From an uncultured delta proteobacterium (GTDB lineage: Bacteria > Desulfobacterota > Binatia > UBA9968): 64,000 nt of DNA. The position numbers were made by a program, and so were the translations under genes. Numbering within the stretch: position 1 is the stretch's first letter; each line of letters starts with the position of its first letter. Positions 1-8,348 of the stretch are shown here, piece after piece. The notes beneath the pieces were generated by a model. That model made no database searches. It worked only from the letters and a program-made list of their open reading frames with translations, and had not been told where the DNA came from. The stretch lies in assembly GCA_963804165.1 (NCBI GenBank), contig CAWDPO010000046.1:320001-384000 (forward strand), read 5' to 3'.

Positions 1-1386
1 GTCGACCAAATTCACCAGCGGTTGGCGCGACGTGAGGTATTCTTTCGGCGCGCCCGCGGCGCGCATCGCGTCGATCTCCTCGACGTTAAGATTCCAGCGC
101 AGCAGGAACTCTTCGTCGGAGACGTTTTCGGCGTTCATTTTTTTGCGCAGCTCGGCGACGGACGGTTCGGGCGGTTGCCACGCAGCCCATTCCTTGGCGC
201 GCGGCCTATCCATGATTTTTGCTTTCACCTCCGGTGCCATCAGCTCGGCGCCTTCTTTGCCCCAGTAGCCGAGCGCGTATTGGATGATTTGATCCGTCAC
301 TTCCTTGTAGCGTTCGCCGACGATGACGTTGATCGCCGCCTGGCTGCCGACGAATTGTGACAGCGGAGTGACCATGATCGGGTATCCAAGCTCGGCGCGC
401 ACGCGCTGGGTTTCCTCGAGGGCCTCGTCGATTTTACCTTCCATGCCGACCTTGCGCAGCTGGAAGCGCAGGTTGGAGATCATGCCGCCCGGCACTTGGT
501 GTTGATATTGAGCGTAATCGTATTCCACCGGCTCACCGATGGGAAAGCCTTCTCGTTTGGCGATGTACGTGAAATGGTCCGACACCGGCCTGAGGATATC
601 CTCGTCGATCAGTGTTTTGTAGCCCAGCGCGCGCAAATTTTTCGCGACGTTGAAAAGCGACGGGTTCGACGATCCGTCGGCCAACGGCGGCAGCGCGGTA
701 TTGACGATTTTGATCCCGAGCTTTACGGCTTCGAGGCAACAAAGCGGGCCAAGGCCCGTGGTGCAGTGCGTGTGCAGCTCCACCGGTATCCCGTTGGCGT
801 TCGCGAACATGATCGGCACCAGCGTTTGCAGGCGCTCGGGGGTGAGCAGACCGCCGGGATCTTTGAGACAGAGTCGATTGACTTTAAGCGACGCGGCCTG
901 ACGCGTACGCTCGGCGAAGTATTCGTCGGTATGTTTTGGCGAGACCGAATAAATGATATTCGGCACGGGATTGATGCCGACGTCTTTTGCCACGGCGCAT
1001 TTCCAAGTCCAGCCTTCGAGCTCGTTCCACTCTTCGGAAATGCGCGCTTCGCGGATGCCGTTGGCGGCCATCCGCTCCATGAACAGGCGGTACATGGAGC
1101 GCGGCGTGAGATCGAAGGCGCTGAATCTGCCGGCGTTCAACCGCAGCGGCGTGCGCGTAATGCGTTGGCTCACCAGCTTCACTCGCGCCCAGGGATCTTC
1201 TTTGAGCTCGCGCACGCATTTCTTCAAATGAGAGCTGGAAATCAATTCGATGGCGTCGAAGCCGGCGCGATCCATGGCTTCGGCGATAGGAAGCATCATG
1301 CCCGTGGTCATGTTCTCCGCCCACAGGCTTTGATGGCCGTCGCGAATGGTGGTGTCGACGAATCTGATACCGTCTGGCTTGCTCAT
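1..1386 (-). CDS. Pyruvate carboxylase subunit B / oxaloacetate decarboxylase alpha-like carboxyltransferase (paralog 1; 3' end runs off window)
   Basis: Manual translation from ATG 1386: MSKPDGIRFVDTTIRDGHQSLWAENM...CLKDPGGLL...ELHTHCTTG...QVPGGMISN...GYPIMVTPLSQ; open to position 1, absent from the ORF track because there is no stop in the window. Confidence 0.85.
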   Translation of the reverse strand, partial: MSKPDGIRFVDTTIRDGHQSLWAENMTTGMMLPIAEAMDRAGFDAIELISSSHLKKCVRELKEDPWARVKLVSQRITRTPLRLNAGRFSAFDLTPRSMYRLFMERMAANGIREARISEEWNELEGWTWKCAVAKDVGINPVPNIIYSVSPKHTDEYFAERTRQAASLKVNRLCLKDPGGLLTPERLQTLVPIMFANANGIPVELHTHCTTGLGPLCCLEAVKLGIKIVNTALPPLADGSSNPSLFNVAKNLRALGYKTLIDEDILRPVSDHFTYIAKREGFPIGEPVEYDYAQYQHQVPGGMISNLRFQLRKVGMEGKIDEALEETQRVRAELGYPIMVTPLSQFVGSQAAINVIVGERYKEVTDQIIQYALGYWGKEGAELMAPEVKAKIMDRPRAKEWAAWQPPEPSVAELRKKMNAENVSDEEFLLRWNLNVEEIDAMRAAGAPKEYLTSRQPLVNLVD

Positions 1387-1407
1387 CTTGCTCAAATCTC
1401 TAAAACT

Positions 1408-1507
1408 TGGAGTATTGGAATTGGAGTGGTGGAGTAATGGAGTAATGGGTTTCCGGAGTTTCCGCAGCCCATCACTCCAACAATCCAGTACTCCATCACT
1501 CCAATCC
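1408..1507. repeat. Palindromic element of 8-nt tandem repeats (TGGAGTAA)n ... (TCACTCCA)n
   Basis: TGGAGTAT/TGGAGTGG/TGGAGTAA/TGGAGTAA left arm, TCACTCCA/GTACTCCA/TCACTCCA inverted right arm, intergenic. Confidence 0.8.
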
Positions 1508-1510
1508 GTT

Positions 1511-2368
1511 CTACAGAGTTATACCGAAGAATTTCACCGCGTTGTCGAGCATGATCTTCTTGCGCACTTCGGGTTTCATGTTGACCTGCTGAAACTCTTC
1601 CAGCCAGCGCTCGACGCCGATGGCGGGCCAGTCGGAGCCGAACATCGCTTTGTCTTGCAGCAAGGTGTTGATATTGTGCACCAGCTCCGCCGGAAAATAT
1701 TTAGGCGCCCAGCCGGAGAGATCGATGTAATAATTCGCCTTGTGGCGCGCGATCGCCAAGCTCTCCGCCGTCCATGGCCAGGTCGGATGGGCGCTAATGA
1801 TTTTCAGTTCGGGAAAATCCGCCGCGACTTCGTCGATGGCGATGGGCTGGCTGTACTTGAGCTTGATTCCCATGCCGCCCGGTGTGCCGGCGCCCGCCGC
1901 CGCCATCCCACCGTGAAACAGTATCGGCATGTTCAATTTGGCGCACTGTTCCCAAAGCGGATAGAAGCGCACGTCGTTGGCGAAAAAGTGCTGGCGCGCG
2001 GGATTGAGCTCGCCCATGCCGGAGAGGCCTAAATCTTTGCAGCGTTTGATTTCGTCGAGCGCGAGTTTGCCGGTCCAGGGATCGATCGCGCCGAATGCCA
2101 AGAACACGTCGGGGTGTTTTTTTACCGCGCTGGCCACATGGTCGTTGGGCACTGGAATCAAGCCGGTGACCGTTTCATCGCGGGTATTCATGATCACCGC
2201 GATCATCTTGCGCGCGCGGTATTGGTCGGCCATTTCGTCGATGGATACCGGCGGCCGCTCGCGGCCGAAATATCGCGCCATCTGCGCCGTGCGGTCTCCC
2301 TTGGCTTTCTGCGTGGTTTCATCGGATAGGTGAACATGAACGTCGATCGCTACGATATCTCTCGCCAT
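1511..2368 (-). CDS. Amidohydrolase family protein (Amidohydro_2)
   Basis: AIDVHVH metal motif, ILFHGG, IISAHPTWPW, MFGSDWP; start MARDIV at 2368 with GAGGAGG RBS. Confidence 0.85.
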   Translation of the reverse strand: MARDIVAIDVHVHLSDETTQKAKGDRTAQMARYFGRERPPVSIDEMADQYRARKMIAVIMNTRDETVTGLIPVPNDHVASAVKKHPDVFLAFGAIDPWTGKLALDEIKRCKDLGLSGMGELNPARQHFFANDVRFYPLWEQCAKLNMPILFHGGMAAAGAGTPGGMGIKLKYSQPIAIDEVAADFPELKIISAHPTWPWTAESLAIARHKANYYIDLSGWAPKYFPAELVHNINTLLQDKAMFGSDWPAIGVERWLEEFQQVNMKPEVRKKIMLDNAVKFFGITL

Positions 2369-2421
2369 TGGGGTAAGCCTCCTCGTGAAATTTCTTTGGT
2401 TATTGCACTGCTCGAATGATT

Positions 2422-2556
2422 GTTCAAGGTTCAATGTTCAAAGTTCAATGTTCAAAACCCCCAGATTTCCGTTGGGTGTTCTATGGAAAGGCCTTAGAGA
2501 CAGTCCGCTAACTCCGAATCCGAAAACGTTGAATTCTTGAACCTTGAACTTTGAAC
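2422..2556. repeat. Palindromic element of 7-nt tandem repeats (GTTCAAN)5 ... (NTTGAAC)n
   Basis: GTTCAAG GTTCAAT GTTCAAA GTTCAAT GTTCAAA at 2422-2456; CTTGAAC CTTGAAC TTTGAAC at 2536-2556. Confidence 0.8.
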
Positions 2557-2573
2557 GGCGGGCGAATTGCTGC

Positions 2574-4031
2574 CTACGCGCGACGTTCCAATGTCACCGA
2601 AAAGCCCGGCGTCTGAACGTAGATCTGACGGTTCTTCGTGCGTTTCGATAGCTGCTGCAGTAAGTTGACGAGCGGCTGTTCGGAATTCAAATATTCCAAT
2701 GGCCGGGGGTTGGCGCGCATAGTATCGATGTCTTCTTTGCCGACGATCCAGCGCAACAACAATTCTTCATCCGACGTGCCTTCGGCGTCCAAGCGGCGGC
2801 GCATTTCATCCGCCGTGGGTTCGTCCGGTTGCCATTTGGCCCATTCTTTGGCCCGCGGGCGGTCAAGGATTTTCGCTTTGACGGTGGGGTCCATGTCGCG
2901 CGCTCCCTCCGCGCCCGCGTGGCCGAGGGCGAACTTGATCACCTGATCGGTCACTTCTTTATAGCGCTCGCCGACGATGACGTTGATCGCCGCCTGGCTG
3001 CCGACGAACTGCGACAGCGGAGTCACCATGATCGGGTAGCCGAACTCTTCGCGCACGCGGATCGTTTCTTCCAGGGCCTCGGGATACTTTTCTTCCATGC
3101 CGACCTTGCGCAATTGGAAGCGCAGATTCGACAGCATGCCGCCGGGCACCTGGTGCTGGTATTGCGAGTAGTCGTATTCCACCGGCGCGCCGATAGTGAA
3201 GCCTTCGCGCTTGGCGATGGCGGTGAAGTGCCGCGACACGGGCTTTAAAATTTCTTCATCGATAGCCGTTGCGTAACCGAGCGCGCGGGCGTTCTTGGCG
3301 ACGTTGAACAGCGAGGGGTTCGACGAGTCGTCCGCCAGCGGCGGCAGCGCCGTGTTGATCGATCGAATGCCCAAGTTCATGCCCTTGATGCAACACAGCG
3401 GTCCCAGGCCCGTGGTGCAGTGGGTATGCAACTCCACTGGAATGCCCCCGGCGTTCTTGAAGATAATCGGTACCAAAGTTTCCATCCGCTCTGGAGTCAG
3501 GAGTCCGCCCGGATCTTTGAGACAAAGCCGATAGGGCTTGAGTGCTGCCGCGTGGCGCGTGCGTTCGGCGAAGTAGTCGTCGCTGTGTTTCGGAGACACG
3601 GAATAAATCAGATTTAAGATCGTCTTCATGCCGACCGCTTTGCACACGCCGACGCGAAACTTCCAGCCTTCGGGGTCATTCCATTCATCCGAGATGCGCG
3701 CTTCGCGGATGCCGTTGGCAAACATCCGTTCGATGAAAAGCCAGTACATGGACGGCGGATTGTATTCAAAGGTATTAACCCGGCCGGCGATGAGTCGAAG
3801 CGGTGTGTTGGTGATGTTTTTCGATACAAGACGCACGCGTTCCCAAGGATCTTCCTTCAGTTCACGCACGGTTTTCTTCAGGTGCGAGCCGGAGATGAGT
3901 TCGATCGCTTCGTAGCCCGCGTCATCGAGGTTTTTCGCGATCGGCAGCATCATGCCCGTGGTCATGTTCTCCGCCCACAAGCTCTGATGACCGTCGCGTA
4001 TCGTCGTGTCGACAAATCGAATGGTGTCCAT
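2574..4031 (-). CDS. Pyruvate carboxylase subunit B / OadA-like carboxyltransferase without biotinyl domain (paralog 2)
   Basis: DTTIRDGHQSL, CLKDPGG, HTH, QVPGGM, MVTPLSQ motifs; no EAMKM; start MDTIRF at 4031 after GGAGGAG RBS. Confidence 0.85.
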   Translation of the reverse strand: MDTIRFVDTTIRDGHQSLWAENMTTGMMLPIAKNLDDAGYEAIELISGSHLKKTVRELKEDPWERVRLVSKNITNTPLRLIAGRVNTFEYNPPSMYWLFIERMFANGIREARISDEWNDPEGWKFRVGVCKAVGMKTILNLIYSVSPKHSDDYFAERTRHAAALKPYRLCLKDPGGLLTPERMETLVPIIFKNAGGIPVELHTHCTTGLGPLCCIKGMNLGIRSINTALPPLADDSSNPSLFNVAKNARALGYATAIDEEILKPVSRHFTAIAKREGFTIGAPVEYDYSQYQHQVPGGMLSNLRFQLRKVGMEEKYPEALEETIRVREEFGYPIMVTPLSQFVGSQAAINVIVGERYKEVTDQVIKFALGHAGAEGARDMDPTVKAKILDRPRAKEWAKWQPDEPTADEMRRRLDAEGTSDEELLLRWIVGKEDIDTMRANPRPLEYLNSEQPLVNLLQQLSKRTKNRQIYVQTPGFSVTLERRA

Positions 4032-4174
4032 GCTCTCCTCCGACTTAATAACACGATCATATTGGCTAGCCGCGCTAAATTCAATGAATCTACGTTCGCG
4101 CGGGTTGCTTGACTTCGCAGAAGATGTCCTGGTACGTGAGGGACTGACAGCAAGCGGTTCATCGGAGTTCATTG

Positions 4175-4930
4175 ATGGCTATTTCCACGGCAATCAAATC
4201 GGATTGGGTCGAGTATCCGAGTCGCAGCGCCACGATACGCGCGTACTTGGGCGTGCCGGCCGGCGCCGGTCCGTGGCCGGGAATCGTCATGATCCACGAA
4301 AATCCCGGCATGACCGAGCATCGCTTGGATGTCACCCGCCGCCTTGCCGAACAGGGCTATATCACGATTGCTCCCGATCTCTATTCCCGCGTCGGCGGCA
4401 AACCGCCGACCGGAGAGACGGATGTGGAGCGGCGGCAAAAAATCGACGTGGCGATTCCGGACGAGCACGTTTTCGACGATCTCATGAACGGCTATCGCTA
4501 TCTCAAAAACCGGGCGGAGACGATCCAGGATCGGATCGCGCTCTACGGGATCTGCATGGGCGGTGGCAAGGGTTTTTATACGGTCTGCCACACCGACGTA
4601 TTCCGCTGCTTTGTCGATTTTTACGGCCCGATCATTGTCAAAGCTGAAGTCACGTCGGACGGCAAGGAACGATCCTACTTGCCCGTCGCGCGCGCGATCT
4701 CATGTCCGATGCAGTACCACGTGGGCGATCAAGACGTCGTCTGCCTGCCCGATCACGTGGCGCAATTGCGCGAGGAGCTGCGTCGTCATGACAAACAGGC
4801 TGAATTTTTTGTCTATCCCGGCGCCGAGCACGCATTTCATGACGATTCCGCGCGACGCTACCATCCTGAGCATGCCCGATCCGCTTGGGCTCGGGCGCTG
4901 GAATTTTTCCATACTCATCTAAAGTCTTAA
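4175..4930 (+). CDS. Dienelactone hydrolase family protein
   Basis: IHENPG, APDLY, GICMGG (Cys nucleophile), YPGAEHAF. Confidence 0.9.
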   Translation: MAISTAIKSDWVEYPSRSATIRAYLGVPAGAGPWPGIVMIHENPGMTEHRLDVTRRLAEQGYITIAPDLYSRVGGKPPTGETDVERRQKIDVAIPDEHVFDDLMNGYRYLKNRAETIQDRIALYGICMGGGKGFYTVCHTDVFRCFVDFYGPIIVKAEVTSDGKERSYLPVARAISCPMQYHVGDQDVVCLPDHVAQLREELRRHDKQAEFFVYPGAEHAFHDDSARRYHPEHARSAWARALEFFHTHLKS

Positions 4931-4970
4931 ATTGAATTTTCAAGTTCTGATTTTTCCAGGAGGATTCGCA

Positions 4971-5957
4971 ATGCGAGTGTTTCGATCTCTCCAAATTTTT
5001 TTCACGCTGGTCGGGGTTCTTGGCGCCGTGATTCCGGCCATGGGCGCCGTGGCTCCGGCGAACGTGCGGATTGCCTTGACCGCATACTCGTCTTCGAATT
5101 GGCAAATTTTCGCCGCAGTCAAGCGAGGGTTTTTCAAACGCGAGAACCTCAATGTCGAAGTGATCATGTTGCGCTCGAGCGTTCTCCAAACCCAGGCCTT
5201 GCTGGCCAACGACATTCACATGAACACCTACTCGATCGATTCAGCAGCGAAGCCGGTACTGCAAGGCGCGCCGATCAAGCTGATCGGTACCGGTCAAGAA
5301 AAACCGAGCTTTCGCGCCATTGTCGCAAAGGACATCAGAAACTGGAATGACTTGAAAGGAAAGACGCTCGCCGCCGGCAGTCCGGGTGGCGCATTTTATA
5401 CCATGTTCGCCAGCATGATGGCGGTCAATGGGATCAAGAAAGGAGACTATACCTACCTCAGCATCGGCAGATCCAGCGATCGCATCGGCGCGATGAGAGC
5501 CGGACAAATCCAGGGCTGTTTGATCGGCCAGCCGGACGATTTCGTGCTGTTGGACGAAGGCTTCAAAAGTCTCGGTTTCACCCAGGACTATTTGAAGGAC
5601 GTGCAGTACGCGGGTTTTACCGTCAATGGAAAATGGGCGGAAAAAAACGAGGAGACGGTGGTCGCGCTCATGCGCGCCCTGGTGAAGGCGACGCGCTGGC
5701 TGCATGACCCGGCCAACAAGAAGGACGCGATGGCGGTGCTTGTAGACTATTTCCCTGATTGGAAACCGAACTGGCAAGAGCAGACCTATGACATGCTGAT
5801 TCGCCAGAAAATGCTTTCCACGGATGCGCGTCCGAACATGAAAGGCATCGAGAATTTTCTTAAGCTCGCGGTTGAACATGGCGGCATGAGCTCAGTGCCG
5901 CCGCTGGAAACCTGGGTGGATCGAAGTTATGTGGAAAAGGCGAGCCGGTCGCTGTAG
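4971..5957 (+). CDS. ABC transporter substrate-binding protein (SsuA/NMT1-like)
   Basis: Signal peptide, GFFKRENLNVE, DLKGKTLA; AGGAGG RBS. Confidence 0.85.
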   Translation: MRVFRSLQIFFTLVGVLGAVIPAMGAVAPANVRIALTAYSSSNWQIFAAVKRGFFKRENLNVEVIMLRSSVLQTQALLANDIHMNTYSIDSAAKPVLQGAPIKLIGTGQEKPSFRAIVAKDIRNWNDLKGKTLAAGSPGGAFYTMFASMMAVNGIKKGDYTYLSIGRSSDRIGAMRAGQIQGCLIGQPDDFVLLDEGFKSLGFTQDYLKDVQYAGFTVNGKWAEKNEETVVALMRALVKATRWLHDPANKKDAMAVLVDYFPDWKPNWQEQTYDMLIRQKMLSTDARPNMKGIENFLKLAVEHGGMSSVPPLETWVDRSYVEKASRSL

Positions 5958-6055
5958 ACAGTTATTATCGAGCAACTCGATTCACTCCTGTCGGCGCGGA
6001 ATTACCAACGTGCAACACGCGCTCGGACCCGCTCTCTTCGCACGCTGAGTCATCG

Positions 6056-6162
6056 TGTCATCCTGAGGCCCTTCGGCTTCGCTCAGGATAAACTCCGCCG
6101 AAGGATCTCGTAGTTTGCATTTTAAGGATCGGTCGAGATTCTTCACTTCGTTCAGAAGGACA
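6056..6162. repeat. REP-like palindromic element (TGTCATCCTGAG...GAAGGATCTCG // CGAGATTCTTCACTTCGTTCAGAAGGACA)
   Basis: Imperfect terminal inverted repeats with nested CTTCGGCTTCGCTCAGGAT hairpin, between convergent stop codons. Confidence 0.7.
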
Positions 6163-6177
6163 GTGCGAAATACTCGT

Positions 6178-6957
6178 CTACGACCCCAACGGCAATTTTC
6201 CCGCCCGTATGTCAGCCGCGTATTGAGTGATGGCATCGAGAACCACTTTCGCGACGTTGCCATAGCGCGGAATCGAATCATTGAGCGCACCGGCGCCGAG
6301 GCCCACCGTTCGAAATAGAGTTCTGATTTGCCCGTCGGAGCTGCCGTCGTTGCCCAGGCCGCACATGACGGGAATTTTCACTGCCTGGGTTACGGGCCCG
6401 GTCGCGGCGCCGCCCCAAGTGAGATCCAAGATAGACGCGCCGGCTTTTTCCAGCGCCTTCGCGGTTTCCACCAATTTCTCAACGCTGGTCGTGGCACCCG
6501 ACTCCCAGCCGCCTACGTGCGCTGAGGTTTGCGGCGTGAGGCCGAATTGCGCGAATACCGGAATCCCGGCACGCGCGATCGCCGAGACGATTTCCGTCTG
6601 AGCCAAGGTGACTTCAAGTTTGACGCAATCGGCGCCGGCTTCTTTGACCAGACGCACGGCGTTGCGCACGGCATCTTCCGGACCCACTTGATAGGAACCG
6701 AACGGCAGGTCGCAAGAAAACAGCGCGTTCTTGACACCGCGCCGCACGCCTTTCGCCAAGGTCAAAATCTCGTCCATCGTCACCGCTTCCTGGTTTTCTT
6801 GGCCGAGCAGATTATGGCCGCAAGAATCGCCGAGTGAGATGATATCGGCGCCGGCGCGATCGGCGATCAGCGCGGACTGATGTTCGTAGACGACCACGCC
6901 GACAATCTTTTTGCCCTCGCGCTTCATCTCCAAAAGCTTTGGTATGGTGATAGCCAT
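6178..6957 (-). CDS. panB: Ketopantoate hydroxymethyltransferase (PanB)-like protein, divergent
   Basis: ISLGDS, VTMDE, CDLPFGSY, VKLE, GLTPQ motifs. Confidence 0.75.
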   Translation of the reverse strand: MAITIPKLLEMKREGKKIVGVVVYEHQSALIADRAGADIISLGDSCGHNLLGQENQEAVTMDEILTLAKGVRRGVKNALFSCDLPFGSYQVGPEDAVRNAVRLVKEAGADCVKLEVTLAQTEIVSAIARAGIPVFAQFGLTPQTSAHVGGWESGATTSVEKLVETAKALEKAGASILDLTWGGAATGPVTQAVKIPVMCGLGNDGSSDGQIRTLFRTVGLGAGALNDSIPRYGNVAKVVLDAITQYAADIRAGKLPLGS

Positions 6958-7035
6958 GCGATTTGCCTTTCAGTTGTTATGGATCACTAACGTTCATTCC
7001 CGGCCGCTTGCTGCCTCGAATAGATATCCGAAGTC

Positions 7036-7114
7036 CGTCATTCCCGCATGTTTTAAGCGGGAATCCAGGCGAATCCGGAACTGGATCCTCCGATAAAAAC
7101 ATTCGGGGGTGACG
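7036..7114. repeat. REP-like palindrome CGTCATTCCCGC...GCGGGAATCCAG // CTGGATCC...GGGGGTGACG
   Basis: Double hairpin with inverted termini; same family as 24722-24803. Confidence 0.7.
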
Positions 7115-7193
7115 AGAATCGGAATCGTTCGCATGATGGGCTTTCGATACCCGTGCGAGGTCGTTCATTGCCCTATGAACCGATGATTGACAC

Positions 7194-7220
7194 GGATGCG
7201 GTCTTGAAACCCGTTCCTAC
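7194..7220 (-). repeat. GTAG-type REP-like hairpin overlapping a stop codon
   Basis: Minus strand GTAGGAACGGGTTTCAAGACCGCATCC; its TAG is the stop of the second PanB-like gene. Confidence 0.45.
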
Positions 7221-8001
7221 GAATCGCGCCCCTTGCCCAACTTCCCCGCTTTCACGTCCGCAGCGTAAGAGTTGACTGCATCGAGCAGCACCTGCGCAAG
7301 ATTCGCATAACGCGGTACATCCTTGTCGAGTGCGGATACATTCCAGCCGGCCAAACGGTTGAGCTGGAGAAATTGGCCGTCGCTCTCCGTCGTCGTACCG
7401 CGGCCGCCCAAAACCGGAATCTTCACGGCGTCGACTACGCGCCGGGTAGCCGAGCCGCCCATGGTCAAGTCGAGGGCAAAAGCTCCGGCATGTTCCAACT
7501 GCTGCGCCACCTGACCAATTCATCGTCGCTGATCGCGCTGCGCGCCTCGTCAAATCCACCGAGACGAGCTTGGCGCTGCGGTGTCGCGCCGATATGGGCC
7601 ATCACCGGAATGCCGGCTTGGGCAATCGCTCTGACGGCGTCGATGTTTTCCGCGTCGCTTTCGATCTTCACACCGTCCGCGCCGCCTTTGACCAAACGCA
7701 CGGAGTTTTTGACCGCTTCATTTATCGACGAGTTACTCGTGCTGAACGGTAGATCGATAAGCAGAAACGGCCGCGTGATGGCGCGCCGCGCGCCGCGACA
7801 GAGCAGCAGCATCTCTGCCATCGTCGTTTCCTTTGGCGAGCGGTGTCCCAAGATATTGACTCCGGCCGAATCGGCAATGAGCACAATGTCGACCTCCGAG
7901 CGGTCGATGATTTCCAGCGAGCAAAAGTCCGCGGCGAGGACGCCGGCGATTTTGCGGCCGTCTCGTTTCATTCGTTGCAGCACCGGTACCGTGACTTTCA
8001 T
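7217..8001 (-). CDS. panB: Second PanB-like protein (frameshift near 7510)
   Basis: LIADS, IDLPF, VKIE, AHIGATPQ in 7465-8001; C-terminus continues in ORF 7217-7510. Confidence 0.7.
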
Positions 8002-8063
8002 TGTTTGGATCTGCGCCGCGAAAGAAAGTAGATCGGTCTCAACGCCGGACGCGATATCGTGTC

Positions 8064-8333
8064 CTAGGATTTTGAATTTAGCGGATAGTGCGGACTATGC
8101 GCGAAGATTTTTTCGTGTTCGATGCCGAAGACGCGGGTGTATTGGCGGATCAAGATCGGATGGACGGCCATTTTTCTGAGTGCCCAGGCGTCCACTTCTT
8201 TCAAGATGCGCTTTTCCTTGTCGGTTAATGGATAGGTATCCAACACGCTGTCCTGATCGCCTTTGAATTTCTTCTTCAACGGAGGATTGCGGTCGAGCTC
8301 CCAGATAAATCTTTGCACTTGATAGGCGCTCAT
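8064..8333 (-). CDS. Extradiol dioxygenase small subunit (LigA-like)
   Basis: 89 aa, YPLTDKEK...D..AL..MAVHPIL pattern, directly downstream of LigB-like gene. Confidence 0.7.
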   Translation of the reverse strand: MSAYQVQRFIWELDRNPPLKKKFKGDQDSVLDTYPLTDKEKRILKEVDAWALRKMAVHPILIRQYTRVFGIEHEKIFAHSPHYPLNSKS

Positions 8334-8348
8334 GTCTGATTCGTTCGG

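Noticed and set aside
496-1437. 313-aa plus-strand ORF
   Set aside because: Antisense shadow of the minus-strand carboxyltransferase (1-1386), which carries the recognisable motifs
5982-7168. Small ORFs 5982-6290, 6911-7096 and 6977-7168
   Set aside because: They are translations of REP-like palindromes, not genes
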